A stretch of 51,508 nucleotides of DNA from Alphaproteobacteria bacterium (GTDB lineage Bacteria > Pseudomonadota > Alphaproteobacteria > JAPULJ01). This document shows positions 27,414 to 38,139 of the stretch, piece by piece (the first letter of the stretch is position 1; each line of letters starts with the position of its first letter). A model generated the notes under the pieces. That model saw nothing but the letters and a program-made list of their open reading frames with translations, searched no databases and was not told where the DNA came from. The stretch is taken from assembly GCA_027295145.1 (NCBI GenBank), contig JAPULJ010000119.1:1-51508 (forward strand), written 5' to 3'. The position numbers and the translations under genes were made by a program.

Positions 27414-28412
27414 TTACAACTTCCCCATTGCCACGGCGGTATCGGACATGCGGTTGGAGAAGCCCCATTCGTTGTCGTACCACGATAGGACGCGCACGAA
27501 TTTGCCCTCGATGACCTGCGTCTGGGTCAAATCGAAGGTCGAGCTTGCCGGGTTGTGGTTGAAATCGGACGAGACCAGCGGCGCCTCGTTGACTTCGAGG
27601 ATGCCGCTCAGACGCCCACCGGCGGCCTGGTTGATCGCCCCGTTGACCTCCTCGACCGAAGTCTCGCGGCTCGGGGTGAATTTGAAATCGATCAGTGAAA
27701 CGTTAGCCGTTGGCACCCGAATGGACGTGCCGTCGAGCTTGCCGTCAAGCTCGGGCAGCACCAGCCCGACCGCCTTGGCCGCCCCCGTCGAAGTCGGGAT
27801 CATCGACATCGAGGCGGCCCGTGCGCGGCGCAGATCCTTATGCAGCGTATCAACGCTCGGCTGATCGCCGGTGAAGGCGTGGATCGTCGTCATGAAACCC
27901 TGCTCGATGCCGATCGCCTGGTTGAGCACGTGGGCGACGGGCGCCAAACAGTTAGTCGTGCACGAAGCGTTCGAGACGACCCGGTGCCCGCTTTCGAGCT
28001 TGTCTTCGTTGACACCGTAGACGACGGTGAGGTCGGCGCCGCTGGCCGGTGCGGAGATCAGAACCCGTTTGGCGCCCTGTTCGAGATGCACCGAGGCTTT
28101 TTCCTTCGAATTGAAGATGCCGGTGCATTCCATGACCACATCGATTCCAGACCAGTCGAGCTTCATGGGGTCGCGTTCGGCGGTGACGCGTATCCTGCCG
28201 CCGCCGAGATCGATCCAACCGTCGCCGGCTTCGACCTTGCCCGGAAACGTGCCGTGCACGCTATCGTACTTCAGCAGATGTGCGTTGGTCTCGACCGGTC
28301 CCAGATCGTTAATCGCGACGAACTCGATATCATTGCGCTTGGCCTCGTAGGCGGCGCGAAGCACCAGCCGGCCGATTCGCCCAAACCCATTGATTGCCAC
28401 CTTTACTGCCAT
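27414..28412 (-). CDS. gap: type I glyceraldehyde-3-phosphate dehydrogenase
   Basis: [15 protein letters not shown].., active site [12 protein letters not shown], 332 aa. Confidence 0.95.
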   Translation of the reverse strand: MAVKVAINGFGRIGRLVLRAAYEAKRNDIEFVAINDLGPVETNAHLLKYDSVHGTFPGKVEAGDGWIDLGGGRIRVTAERDPMKLDWSGIDVVMECTGIFNSKEKASVHLEQGAKRVLISAPASGADLTVVYGVNEDKLESGHRVVSNASCTTNCLAPVAHVLNQAIGIEQGFMTTIHAFTGDQPSVDTLHKDLRRARAASMSMIPTSTGAAKAVGLVLPELDGKLDGTSIRVPTANVSLIDFKFTPSRETSVEEVNGAINQAAGGRLSGILEVNEAPLVSSDFNHNPASSTFDLTQTQVIEGKFVRVLSWYDNEWGFSNRMSDTAVAMGKL

Positions 28413-28439
28413 TGTCTTCCTTCCTTCGTATTCGCGCGA

Positions 28440-30461
28440 TTAGAGCCGCACCTTGACTGCCTTGACCGCGTTTTCCGCCGTGATCGCGAAATGCTCGTAG
28501 AGTGCGGGCGCCGGCGCCGAGGCCCCGAAGCCCATCATGCCGACGACCGCGCCATCGGGGGTGACCCAGCGGGCCCAACCGAAGGGCGAGGCTGCCTCGA
28601 CGGCAACGCGGACCGTGTTCGGACCGAGCACCGCATCCTGATAGTCGTGGTCTTGGATTTCAAACAGCTCCCAGCACGGCATCGAAACAACCGCCGTGCC
28701 GATGCCCTCGCCGTGTAACTGTTCACGCGCGGCCAGCGCGATCTCGACTTCCGAGCCGGTGGCGATCAGCGTCGCCCGGCGTTTGCCTTTCGCTTCGGCA
28801 AGAATGTAGGCGCCGCGCGCGCATTTGTTCTCGGTGCTGTACGTGCCGCGCAAGACCGGCAGGCCTTGGCGCGAGAGCGCCAGCAGCGACGGCCCGTTGC
28901 CGCGCGCCAGCGCCAAAGCCCAGCATTCCGCCGTTTCGACTGCATCGGCCGGGCGGAAGACGTCAAGGTTGGGGATCGCCCGCAGGCTCGCCAGATGCTC
29001 GACCGGTTGGTGGGTCGGGCCGTCTTGGCCGAGACCGATCGAATCGTGGGTCATCACATAAATCACCCGTAATCCCATCAGGGCGGCGAGCCGGATCGCC
29101 GGGCGCATATAGTCGGCGAACACCAGGAAGGTGCCGGCATAGGGCACGACCCCGCCATGCAGCGCGAGGCCGTTCATCATTGCGCCCATGGCGTGCTCGC
29201 GTATCCCATAGTGCAGATATGTACCGCTGTAGTTATCGGCGGACAGCACCTTCTGGCCCTTGGCGCGGGTGTTGTTCGATCCGGTCAGATCGGCCGAGCC
29301 GCCGAGCAACTCGGGCACCTCCCGGGCCAACTCATCGAGCACAGCGCCAGAAGATACACGGCTCGCCTGTTTAGGCGCATCCTTGACGAACGCCTTCTTC
29401 AACTCATCGAGAACAGACCGCCAGCCGTCGGGCAACATGCCCGTTACCGCGCGCTCGAATGCGCCGCGAAGGAAAGCTGGCTCGTTGCTCAATTTCGTAT
29501 CCCAGGCGGCCGACGCTGTTGCGCCCCGTTTGCCGGCTTCGCGCCAGGCGCCAAGGATATCCTCGGGAATTTCAAAGGGCGCATGGGGCCAGTTGAGGGC
29601 TTTGCGGGCGCCGGCGATCTCGTCCGCGCCGAGGGGTGCGCCATGCGCGGCGGAAGTCCCGGCCTTGGTCGGCGCCCCGAATGCGATCTGTGTGCGGCAG
29701 GCGATCAGCGAGGGCGCGTCTGATGCACAGGCCGCAGCGATCGCTACATCAATCGCATGTGCGTCGTGCCCGTCGATGGCTTGCGTGTGCCAGCCGGCGG
29801 CCTCGAAGCGCTTGATCTGGTCCTCGGAGGTGGCCAGCCCGGTCGGCCCATCGATGGATATCTCATTGTCGTCGAACAGCACAGTCAGACGCGAAAGACG
29901 CAAATGCGCGGCAAACGTGATCGCCTCCTGGCTGATCCCCTCCATCAGGCAGCCGTCGCCGACGACGGCGTAGGTCCGATGATCGACGATGTCCGAGCCG
30001 AAACGCGCCGCCAGGTGACGCTCGGCCAGCGCCATGCCGACCGCATTGGCCAATCCCTGACCGAGAGGACCTGTGGTGGTTTCGATGCCGCCGGCGTGGC
30101 CATATTCGGGGTGGCCGGCGGCCAGGCTTGCGAGCTGGCGGAAGTTGCGCAAAGCCTTGATCGTGACATCCGCGTAACCCGTCAGGTGGAGCAGCGCGTA
30201 GAGCAGCATCGAGCCATGACCGGCGGACAGCACGAAGCGGTCACGGTCGGGCCAGTCGGGTCGCCCAGCGTCGAACTTCAGATGCCTGGTGAACAGAACC
30301 GTGGCCACGTCCGCCATGCCCATCGGCATCCCAGGATGACCCGAATTCGCGGCCTCGACGGCATCCATCGCCAGCGCCCTGATAGCGTTCGCCATGGACG
30401 CGTGGGAAACAGCGGCGGCGCCCGCCGCCGGTTTATCCGTTGCGGTTGTGATGGCTTGCAT
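28440..30461 (-). CDS. tkt: transketolase
   Basis: 673 aa with [14 protein letters not shown], the [13 protein letters not shown] motif and [19 protein letters not shown]. Confidence 0.95.
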   Translation of the reverse strand: MQAITTATDKPAAGAAAVSHASMANAIRALAMDAVEAANSGHPGMPMGMADVATVLFTRHLKFDAGRPDWPDRDRFVLSAGHGSMLLYALLHLTGYADVTIKALRNFRQLASLAAGHPEYGHAGGIETTTGPLGQGLANAVGMALAERHLAARFGSDIVDHRTYAVVGDGCLMEGISQEAITFAAHLRLSRLTVLFDDNEISIDGPTGLATSEDQIKRFEAAGWHTQAIDGHDAHAIDVAIAAACASDAPSLIACRTQIAFGAPTKAGTSAAHGAPLGADEIAGARKALNWPHAPFEIPEDILGAWREAGKRGATASAAWDTKLSNEPAFLRGAFERAVTGMLPDGWRSVLDELKKAFVKDAPKQASRVSSGAVLDELAREVPELLGGSADLTGSNNTRAKGQKVLSADNYSGTYLHYGIREHAMGAMMNGLALHGGVVPYAGTFLVFADYMRPAIRLAALMGLRVIYVMTHDSIGLGQDGPTHQPVEHLASLRAIPNLDVFRPADAVETAECWALALARGNGPSLLALSRQGLPVLRGTYSTENKCARGAYILAEAKGKRRATLIATGSEVEIALAAREQLHGEGIGTAVVSMPCWELFEIQDHDYQDAVLGPNTVRVAVEAASPFGWARWVTPDGAVVGMMGFGASAPAPALYEHFAITAENAVKAVKVRL

Positions 30462-30701
30462 AACCTCGAATTTCCCGCCGGTGATCAGTCATCACCGCGC
30501 CAGCGTCACACATCCCATTTAAAGTGAACCCGAAGATGCCGGGGCCGGCCCGCAAGGTCAACCGGCTCGCACGCATGCTGCCATCACGGCGCCGGTTTCG
30601 GCAAATCGCGCTGGTTTCGCCGGCAACTTCGCGGCAAGATCGCGCATCGGAAGCGCGTGACCTGGTGTATGATCGGGGCGCTCACCGGCCGACGGGGTTT
30701 C

Positions 30702-32741
30702 ATGAACGGGCAATCAAGCCGCATCCTACTCGCCGTCCTCGCCTTCCTTATCGTCGGCGCGGCTTGCACCAACGATCCTTATCCTGGCGCCGATAATGAC
30801 CGTAAAATCCTTTATAGCTCATTCAGCGAGGCGCCTAAGAGTCTCGACCCGGCGGTCGCCTATAACGTCTCGGCCCACCGCATCACCGGCAATGTCTATG
30901 ACACGTTGATCGAGTTCCATTATCTGAAGCGCCCCTATGTCTTGATCCCCGGGCTGGCAACATCGGTGCCGAAAGCCGAGCGTCTGGCGGACGGGCGGAC
31001 GGCCTACACATTCAAGCTTCGCAAGGGCCTGCTCTTCCAGAACGATCCCAGTTTCGCGCTTAATGGCGCCAACAAGCGCACCCGTGAAGTCGTGGCCGGC
31101 GATGTGGCCTTCGAGCTGATGCGCCTGGCGGACCCTCGCATCGCCAGCCCGATCGTCAACAAGTTCGCCTCGGTCGCCGGATTCGTGGCCTTCGGCAAGC
31201 GTCTTTCGACCCTGCGCAAGGCCGACCCGGCTTTCGCCAAGCTGCCCGCCCACCGCCAGTACGCTCGCGCCGGCGGGCCTCGCGGCATACAGACGCCGGA
31301 CAAATACACACTGCGCCTCGTCCTCGAGCGACCCGACCCCCAGATCATCTACTGGTTCGCCCTGCCTTTCACGACGCCGGTGCCGTGGGAAGCGGTGCAG
31401 TTCTACGACGGCCGCGAGGGGCGTCCGCATTTTCGCGACCATCCAGTCGGCACCGGCCCCTACCGCCTGGCAATCTACAAGAAGCAATACAGGATGGTCT
31501 TGGAGCGAAACGCCAACTGGTACGGGCGGCGGCACCCTGAATGGAAAGCGCCCGGCGCCACTTATCCCAGCCAGGGTGAGAAGGGCGACCGAGAGCGGGG
31601 CCTGCTCGATTCGGCTTATGTCGGGCGGCCGCTGGCCTTCATCGAGCGGATCGAATTCCGCCGCGATAAAGAGAGCATTCCCCGCTTCAACAAATTTCTG
31701 CAGGGTTATTACGACGGCGCCGGCGTTATCAAAGAAAGCTTCAGCCAGATGATCCAGAACGACGCTCTGTCGCCCGACATGGTCCGGCGCGGCGTCCGGC
31801 TGGAAAAATCAGTAGAGGCCAGCATCTTCTACGTCGCCTTCAACCTGCTCGACCCGGTGGTCGGCGCGGCCGAGGCCGGCCCGGCCGCGAAATCGCGAGC
31901 ACGCAAGCTGCGCCAGGCGATGAGTCTGGCGATCGACGTGCCCGAATATTTGCGAGTATTTTCCAACGGCCGTGGTGTGCCGGCAAATTCGCCGATCCCG
32001 CCCTCGATCTTCGGTCACGAGAAGTCCTACCGGAACCCCTACCGGAAACTCGATCTCCCTCGCGCCCGCAGGCTGCTTGCCGAGGCGGGATACGCGCGCG
32101 GGATCGATCCGCGCACCAGCCAGCCGCTCAAGCTCGGTTTCGACACCGGCAACACCTCCGCCCAGGCGCGGCTCCGCTACCAGTTCTTCGTCAACGCCTG
32201 GCGCCGCATCGGCCTCGATGTCGAGGTCAGGGCGACGACCTACAACCAGTTCCTGCAGAAGCAAAAGGACGGCGCCTACCAGATGACGTTCTCCGGCTGG
32301 ATTGCCGATTTCCCCGACCCGGAAAATTTCTTCTTCCTGTTCGAAACGTCTAACAGCCGCAAGGTTTCGGGCGGACCCAATTACGCGAATTTTTCCAACC
32401 CGCGGTACGACGCACTTTATCAGCGCATGCGTATACTGCCGAATGGCCCCGAGCGCCTGAAAGTAACCCGCGAGATGATCTCGATCCTCGAACACGAGCG
32501 ACCGTGGATCGAACTCTACCACGACGAATCCTACACTCTGGCCCACGCTTGGGTAAAAAACCTCAAAGCATTCGGCCTCTTCAGCTTCGCGGTCAAATAC
32601 CGCGATATCGAACCGCGCCGCCGGGCGGCGGCACGGGCGGCATGGAACCAGCCGGTCATGTGGCCTTTGTGGGTGTTGTTGGTGCTGGCCGTCGGCTTCG
32701 TGGTGCCGGGGATGATCACATTCTTTCGCGAGCGCAACTGA
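30702..32741 (+). CDS. family-5 (peptide/nickel) ABC substrate-binding lipoprotein with C-terminal hydrophobic anchor
   Basis: ATG 30702. Lipobox LIVGAAC. A long SBP_bac_5-like body is followed by the C-terminal helix VMWPLWVLLVLAVGFVVPGMITFF. Confidence 0.8.
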   Translation: MNGQSSRILLAVLAFLIVGAACTNDPYPGADNDRKILYSSFSEAPKSLDPAVAYNVSAHRITGNVYDTLIEFHYLKRPYVLIPGLATSVPKAERLADGRTAYTFKLRKGLLFQNDPSFALNGANKRTREVVAGDVAFELMRLADPRIASPIVNKFASVAGFVAFGKRLSTLRKADPAFAKLPAHRQYARAGGPRGIQTPDKYTLRLVLERPDPQIIYWFALPFTTPVPWEAVQFYDGREGRPHFRDHPVGTGPYRLAIYKKQYRMVLERNANWYGRRHPEWKAPGATYPSQGEKGDRERGLLDSAYVGRPLAFIERIEFRRDKESIPRFNKFLQGYYDGAGVIKESFSQMIQNDALSPDMVRRGVRLEKSVEASIFYVAFNLLDPVVGAAEAGPAAKSRARKLRQAMSLAIDVPEYLRVFSNGRGVPANSPIPPSIFGHEKSYRNPYRKLDLPRARRLLAEAGYARGIDPRTSQPLKLGFDTGNTSAQARLRYQFFVNAWRRIGLDVEVRATTYNQFLQKQKDGAYQMTFSGWIADFPDPENFFFLFETSNSRKVSGGPNYANFSNPRYDALYQRMRILPNGPERLKVTREMISILEHERPWIELYHDESYTLAHAWVKNLKAFGLFSFAVKYRDIEPRRRAAARAAWNQPVMWPLWVLLVLAVGFVVPGMITFFRERN

Positions 32742-33742
32742 TGCTAGTCTATATTGCACGACGGCTGGTCTACGGGCTCGCCACAGTCCTGGGGGTCCTG
32801 CTCCTGCTTTTCGTTCTTTTCTTCGCCGTGACCAACCCCGACGATATCGCGCGGCGGGCGGTCGGCGAACGCGCCGCGCCGGAAACCTATCAGCGCTGGA
32901 AGCGCAACCACGGCTACGACAAGCCCTTGGTAGTCAATTCAGCGCATCGCTGGTCCTCGTACAAGCGCTACACCGATACGCTGCTGGTCGAGCACTACCG
33001 GCGCATGCTGAGCTTCGATTTCGGACGTAGCGACGCCGACGATGCGCCAATCTGGGCGCGTATCCGTGAGGGCATCGGGCCGAGCCTCAGCCTCACCCTG
33101 CCGCTCTTCTTCCTCGGGCTACTAGTGGGGGTTTCACTGGCCCTGCTGATCGCCTTTTTCCGCGAAACCTACATTGACCGGGTAGGACTTCTGCTGTGCA
33201 TGCTGGGGATGAGCATCGCCAGCCTGGTCTACATCATTGGCGGGCAGCACCTGATCGGCCGTTTGCTCAAATGGTTTCCAATCTCAGGCTTTGATCCCGA
33301 CCCAGCAGTGATCTGGCGCTTCCTTGCTGTGCCGGTGATCATCGGCGTGCTCGCCGAGTTCGGCGGTACGGTGCGGCTCTATCGCACCGTCTTCCTCGAG
33401 GAGATCGGCCGCGATTACGTGCGGACGGCGCGGGCCAAAGGCGCCGGCGAGACGAGAGTGATGATCCGCCACGTGCTGCGCAATGCGCTGCTGCCGATCC
33501 TTACCAATATCGTGCTGGCGATACCGTTTCTTTTCATCGGCTCGATCCTGTTCGAATCCTTCTTTGGAATTCCTGGCCTCGGCGCCCTGACCGTCGAGGC
33601 GATCAACGGTAATGATTTTTCGACCCTGCGCACTATCGTCTTCATTGGCGCGCTGCTGTTCATATTTGGACAGATCCTGACCGATATCAGCTACACCATC
33701 GCCGACCCGCGAGTGCGGCTCGGCGCCCGGGTGAACCAGTAA
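32741..33742 (+). CDS. ABC peptide transporter permease (DppB/OppB-like)
   Basis: ATG 32741 overlaps the SBP stop (TGATG). MLVYIARRLVYGLATVLGV.. and the EAA-type loop YVRTARAKGAGETRVMIRHVLRNA are present. Confidence 0.85.
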   Translation: MLVYIARRLVYGLATVLGVLLLLFVLFFAVTNPDDIARRAVGERAAPETYQRWKRNHGYDKPLVVNSAHRWSSYKRYTDTLLVEHYRRMLSFDFGRSDADDAPIWARIREGIGPSLSLTLPLFFLGLLVGVSLALLIAFFRETYIDRVGLLLCMLGMSIASLVYIIGGQHLIGRLLKWFPISGFDPDPAVIWRFLAVPVIIGVLAEFGGTVRLYRTVFLEEIGRDYVRTARAKGAGETRVMIRHVLRNALLPILTNIVLAIPFLFIGSILFESFFGIPGLGALTVEAINGNDFSTLRTIVFIGALLFIFGQILTDISYTIADPRVRLGARVNQ

Positions 33743-33755
33743 TGAGTGTCGCGCA

Positions 33756-34766
33756 ATGAGTTGGCTCGGCAACATCATTGCCGGAGCGCTCCTCGCCGGC
33801 TTTGCCTTCGCCTGGATACGGCTGCGAGAAAACAGGATGTGGCGTCAGGCCGCGCTCTCGCTTGTCCGCCGGCGACCGATCGCGCTGAGCGTGCTCGCGC
33901 TCTATGCCGCGATCGCACTGCTCGATACGGTGAGTTGGGTGGGCGCCGGATCGAGTGGTGTCGCCGCCTCCAAACCGCGCTCGGTCATCGACCGCCTCTT
34001 CACCCCGGAGCGCTTCCGCGAAAAAAGCTATTCGGCGCCCCTTGCTAATGCGGAGTTCATCGGTGGCGCCAAGCTCTCCTATCCCGGCCGCCACCTTCTC
34101 GGCACCGACATCCTGGGCAACGACGTGCTCTACAAGACCCTCAAAGGGGTCAAGGTGGCGCTTCTGATCGGTGGCCTGACGAGCCTGATCCTGATCCCGT
34201 TGGCGCTGCTGTTCGGCATCTCGGGAGGTTATTTCGGCGGACGCGTGGATGATGTGGTTTTCTTCGTCATGTCGACGCTCGCCTCGATCCCCAACCTGCT
34301 GCTGCTGATTGCCCTGATCGTGGCGCTGGGGACCGGCACGCTGCAAGTGTGCTTTGCCCTCGGCATCACCGGCTGGGTCGGATTGTCACGCCTGACCCGC
34401 GCCGAGACCCTGAAAATCCGCGAGCTCGATTATATCCAGGCGGCCAGGGCGCTGGGGGTTACCAACCGGGCCATCATCACCCGCCACGTTCTTCCCAACC
34501 TGGCCCATCTCATCGTCATCACCTTCGCGCTGCTGTTCACCGGCATGGTCTTGAGCGAGACCATCCTCTCCTATCTCGGCATCGGGCTTGAGGGTAGCTG
34601 GGGGCAGATGATCGACCAGGCCCGCAACGAGATCTCGCGCGATCCGATCATCTGGTGGAACTTCGCCGGCGCCTCGCTGGCCCTGTTCGTTCTGGTGCTC
34701 AGCGTCAACCTGATTGCCGACGCTCTGCGCGATATTCTCGACCCACGTACGTTGAGGGAACGATAG
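33756..34766 (+). CDS. ABC peptide transporter permease (DppC/OppC-like)
   Basis: 336 aa with LDYIQAARALGVTNRAIITRHVLPN. It is the second permease of the operon. Confidence 0.85.
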   Translation: MSWLGNIIAGALLAGFAFAWIRLRENRMWRQAALSLVRRRPIALSVLALYAAIALLDTVSWVGAGSSGVAASKPRSVIDRLFTPERFREKSYSAPLANAEFIGGAKLSYPGRHLLGTDILGNDVLYKTLKGVKVALLIGGLTSLILIPLALLFGISGGYFGGRVDDVVFFVMSTLASIPNLLLLIALIVALGTGTLQVCFALGITGWVGLSRLTRAETLKIRELDYIQAARALGVTNRAIITRHVLPNLAHLIVITFALLFTGMVLSETILSYLGIGLEGSWGQMIDQARNEISRDPIIWWNFAGASLALFVLVLSVNLIADALRDILDPRTLRER

Positions 34767-35755
34767 TGGCGGCGCCGCTCCTCGCCATAGACAATCTCAG
34801 CGTCACTTTTCCCGGCGGAAAAATACACGAACGGATGCCGGCGGTGGATGGGCTGTCCCTGAGTATCGAGCCCGGCCAGACCCTGGCGCTGGTCGGTGAG
34901 TCGGGTTGCGGGAAATCGATGACCGCGCTCGCCATCATGCGGCTCATCGCCAAACCCGGACGCATCGGAGCCGGCAGCCGCATTTCCTTCGAAGGCGAAG
35001 ACCTCCTCGCAGCTTCGGTGCCCCGCATGCGCACGCTGCGCGGGGCCAGCATCGCGATGATCTTCCAGGAGCCGATGGCGAGCCTCAACCCGGTGCAAAA
35101 AGTTGGCGATCAGGTCATCGAGGCGATCCGGCTGCACGAAAGGATCACCTTGCGCGCTGCCCGGGAACGCGCCGGCGGGTTGTTCGAGCGGGTCGGCATC
35201 CCCGGCGCGCGGGATCGGCTTTCGGCCTATCCCCACCAACTTTCCGGCGGGCTCAGGCAGCGGGTGATGATTGCCATGATGATTGCCTTGCGGCCGAAAC
35301 TGCTGATCGCCGACGAACCGACGACCGCCCTTGATGTCACCGTGCAGGCGCAAATCATCGGGCTCTTGCGCGAAATCCAACGAGAACTGGGAACCGCCAT
35401 CCTGCTGATTACCCACGATTTCGGCATCGTCAACGAACTCGCCGACCGGCTTGCGGTGATGTATGCAGGGCGCATCGCCGAGGAAGGCACCCGCCGCGAG
35501 ATCCTCGGCGACGCCCGCCATCCCTATACGCAAGGCCTGATGCGATCTATCCCGAACGTGCATCGGCGCGGTCAACCGTTGGAGGAGATCGCCGGCACGG
35601 TTCCGGCGCCCGGCGCCTGGCCCGCCGGGTGCCGTTTTACCAGCCGTTGCCCGCGCGCCTTTGCGCCGTGCCGGGACGAACCACCGCCGACAGCCGTTAT
35701 TCGCCCCGGCCACGTAGTCCGCTGCCACGCGGTAACAAACGATCCCGGATCGTGA
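34766..35755 (+). CDS. ABC peptide transporter ATP-binding protein (DppD/OppD-like)
   Basis: GTG 34766 overlaps the permease stop. It has GESGCGKS, LSGGLRQRVMIA, LLIADEPTTALD and the C-terminal oligopeptide-type Cys motif. Confidence 0.88.
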   Translation: MAAPLLAIDNLSVTFPGGKIHERMPAVDGLSLSIEPGQTLALVGESGCGKSMTALAIMRLIAKPGRIGAGSRISFEGEDLLAASVPRMRTLRGASIAMIFQEPMASLNPVQKVGDQVIEAIRLHERITLRAARERAGGLFERVGIPGARDRLSAYPHQLSGGLRQRVMIAMMIALRPKLLIADEPTTALDVTVQAQIIGLLREIQRELGTAILLITHDFGIVNELADRLAVMYAGRIAEEGTRREILGDARHPYTQGLMRSIPNVHRRGQPLEEIAGTVPAPGAWPAGCRFTSRCPRAFAPCRDEPPPTAVIRPGHVVRCHAVTNDPGS

Positions 35756-36723
35756 ACCCTAATCCAACTCCGCTGTTGGAGGTTAGCGGGCTCAGGACAT
35801 GGTTCGCGGTGCGCGGCGGAATATTGCAACAGGAGCGGGGCTGGGTCCGTGCGGTCGATGGTGTCGATTTGACGATCGCGCCGGGTGAAACGTTGGCGTT
35901 GGTCGGCGAATCGGGGTGCGGTAAGACCACAGTTGGGCGTTCGATCTTGCGCCTTGTCGAGCCGCGCGCCGGTGCGGTGCGGTTCGAGGGTATCGATATT
36001 CTGGAGTTGGCGGCGGGCGAATTGCGGGCCTACCGCAAGCGAATACAGATCGTTTTTCAGGACTCCACTTCGGCGCTCGACCCGCGGCAGCAAGCGCGCG
36101 ACGCCATTGCCGAGGGGCTAGACGCCTTCGGTATGAGCAAGAGCCGCATTGCGCGGACCGAGCGGGTCGCCGAGTTGATGGAGATGGTGCGCCTCGATCC
36201 CGATCTGATGACACGCTATCCGCACGAATTCTCGGGCGGCCAGAAGCAGCGCATCTGCATCGCCCGGGCGCTGGCGGTCGAGCCGCGCCTGCTGATTTGC
36301 GACGAATCGGTCTCCGCCCTCGACGTATCGATACAGGCGCAGATCCTCAACCTCTTGCGCGATTTGAAATCGCGACTCGGTCTCGCTTATCTCTTCATCA
36401 CCCACGACCTCGGCGTCGTCGGCAACATCGCCGACCGCATCGCCGTGATGTATCTCGGCAAGATCGTCGAGACCGGGACGGTTGGTCAAATCCTCGACGA
36501 TCCGCAACACCCCTATACCAAGGCGCTGCTCGCCTCGGTGCCTTCGCTGGACCCAGCCCAGCGCGGCGCGCAAGCCGGACCGGCCGGCGAAGCGCCCGAC
36601 CCGGCCAACCCGCCATCGGGCTGCCACTTCCATCCCCGCTGCCCTTATGCGTTCGAGCGGTGCGCCAAAGAGGCGCCTACGATGGAAGAGATCGCGGGTC
36701 GTGCGTCACGCTGCTTCCTTTAG
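35752..36723 (+). CDS. ABC peptide transporter ATP-binding protein (DppF/OppF-like)
   Basis: GTG 35752 overlaps the preceding stop (GTGA). It has GESGCGKTT, FSGGQKQRICIARA and LLICDESVSALD. Confidence 0.88.
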   Translation: MNPNPTPLLEVSGLRTWFAVRGGILQQERGWVRAVDGVDLTIAPGETLALVGESGCGKTTVGRSILRLVEPRAGAVRFEGIDILELAAGELRAYRKRIQIVFQDSTSALDPRQQARDAIAEGLDAFGMSKSRIARTERVAELMEMVRLDPDLMTRYPHEFSGGQKQRICIARALAVEPRLLICDESVSALDVSIQAQILNLLRDLKSRLGLAYLFITHDLGVVGNIADRIAVMYLGKIVETGTVGQILDDPQHPYTKALLASVPSLDPAQRGAQAGPAGEAPDPANPPSGCHFHPRCPYAFERCAKEAPTMEEIAGRASRCFL

Positions 36724-36882
36724 AAATTTTTAGCGAGGCATGGATATAGTCTTGGCGGTTTGCGAAAGACATCGTATCCGGCACACACGCGGTCTTTCGG
36801 CTTCACGGCTTAAAGCCCGCATGATAGCGTGTGCCTCTTGCCCAGCAACGTCTGGGAGTTGGGGGAATTTGCTAAGGAGATC

Positions 36883-37392
36883 ATGCCAATGCGTTGGATT
36901 GGAGTGTCAGTTGCTGCTTTGAGTTTCTTGTTCGCGGCCGGGGCCGCAATCGCTGATCACCAGGGCAGCGCGCCGGGAGGCGGGCAAGGAACCGGCGGGA
37001 CCGGAACGATCGCGCCGCGATCAACGATCCCCGGTTATCGCCTCATCGCTACGAACCGATGTTCGCGAACTATCTCGATGGCCTATCGGGTCAAGGACTA
37101 TACCGGACATTGGGTATCGCGCGGTTGGTTCCATATCACCCCGGGGCGAACCCGCGTTCTGTACATGCCGACAAGGAACAGAACATTCTACTACTACGGC
37201 TATATGCAAGCCGGGAGCAACTCCTGGGGCGGCGCGGGCCAGACCGGTTCACGCCAGCGCTGGGTTCGCAACAAGCCCTTCCTGCATTCCAGTGGCAACC
37301 TGTCGGGCGCTGGCGCCCGGAAGGTCAGCTACCGTAAGCGGACCGTTCCCACGACCGGTGTCTACAAGCTCAACATGACGTGCAGAAACTAG
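36883..37392 (+). CDS. secreted protein, DUF1036-like
   Basis: ATG 36883 follows AAGGAGA. Signal peptide VSVAALSFLFAAGAAIA. The NRCSRTISMAYRVKD..HWVSRGWFHITPG...FYYYGY pattern resembles DUF1036. Confidence 0.55.
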   Translation: MPMRWIGVSVAALSFLFAAGAAIADHQGSAPGGGQGTGGTGTIAPRSTIPGYRLIATNRCSRTISMAYRVKDYTGHWVSRGWFHITPGRTRVLYMPTRNRTFYYYGYMQAGSNSWGGAGQTGSRQRWVRNKPFLHSSGNLSGAGARKVSYRKRTVPTTGVYKLNMTCRN

Positions 37393-37570
37393 TTTCGGCG
37401 AGCCCGGCTGCCCGCTGATCGGTAAGCGTAGCCGACACGTTGTGCAGTTGGTGTAATTGCCGACGCGGCATTCCCGCGCCGGCCGTCGCGGTTGACGTTT
37501 CGTGCTGCGCGCGCTTATGGTGGTTTCTCAAGGGAGGCCGGCAAATCGCCGGAACAAAAAAGAAATCGCC

Positions 37571-37795
37571 ATGACGCAATTGGACAGCGCAAAAAAGCGC
37601 CTGGAAGATGCGGTCACTCAGTTGGAGGCCGCGATCGCCGACAATGCCGGTCTATCGGCCGGCGATTCTCGAGCGCTGCAAGCGGAACTCGCGGCGGCGC
37701 ACAAGGAAAACAAGACCCTCGCCCGCACGGCCGGGCAAGTGTCCGCCCGGGTTGACAAGGCGATCAGTAAGATACGCCTGGTCCTGGAGGCCTGA
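37571..37795 (+). CDS. small coiled-coil protein, DUF4164-like
   Basis: 74 aa from ATG 37571, all-helical, located immediately upstream of zapA. I recall DUF4164 genes occupying this position in Alphaproteobacteria. Confidence 0.55.
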   Translation: MTQLDSAKKRLEDAVTQLEAAIADNAGLSAGDSRALQAELAAAHKENKTLARTAGQVSARVDKAISKIRLVLEA

Positions 37796-37800
37796 AGGCG

Positions 37801-38139
37801 ATGGGCCAGGTCGCTGTCACGGTCAATGGCCACAGCTATCAGATCACCTGCGATGACGGCCAGGAAGACCATTTGCGCGCGTTGGCCGGGCAGGTCGATG
37901 CCCGCGTTGGCGAGTTGGTCACCTCGGTCGGACAAGTCGGCGATATGCGCTTGTTGGTGATGACCAGCCTGCTGCTCGCCGACGAAGTCAGCGAAGCCAA
38001 GGACAGCCTCCTCACTCTACAAGAGGAGGATAGTAAGACGGGCGAAAAGGCGCAACTCGAAGAAGCCGTTCTGGCCGCCGGCATCGAGACCCTGGCCGAG
38101 CGGATCGAAGCGATCACCGAGGCCCTCGGCCGACCCTAG
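37801..38139 (+). CDS. zapA: cell division protein ZapA
   Basis: MGQVAVTVNGHSYQITCDDGQEDHLRALAGQVDARV...MRLLVMTSLLLADE, 112 aa. Confidence 0.85.
   Translation: MGQVAVTVNGHSYQITCDDGQEDHLRALAGQVDARVGELVTSVGQVGDMRLLVMTSLLLADEVSEAKDSLLTLQEEDSKTGEKAQLEEAVLAAGIETLAERIEAITEALGRP

Noticed and set aside
37492-37520. Sigma70-like promoter TTGACG-N17-TTATGG upstream of the DUF4164/zapA genes
   Set aside because: The -35 element is good but the -10 is poor. Such matches are expected by chance, so it is not reported as a feature.
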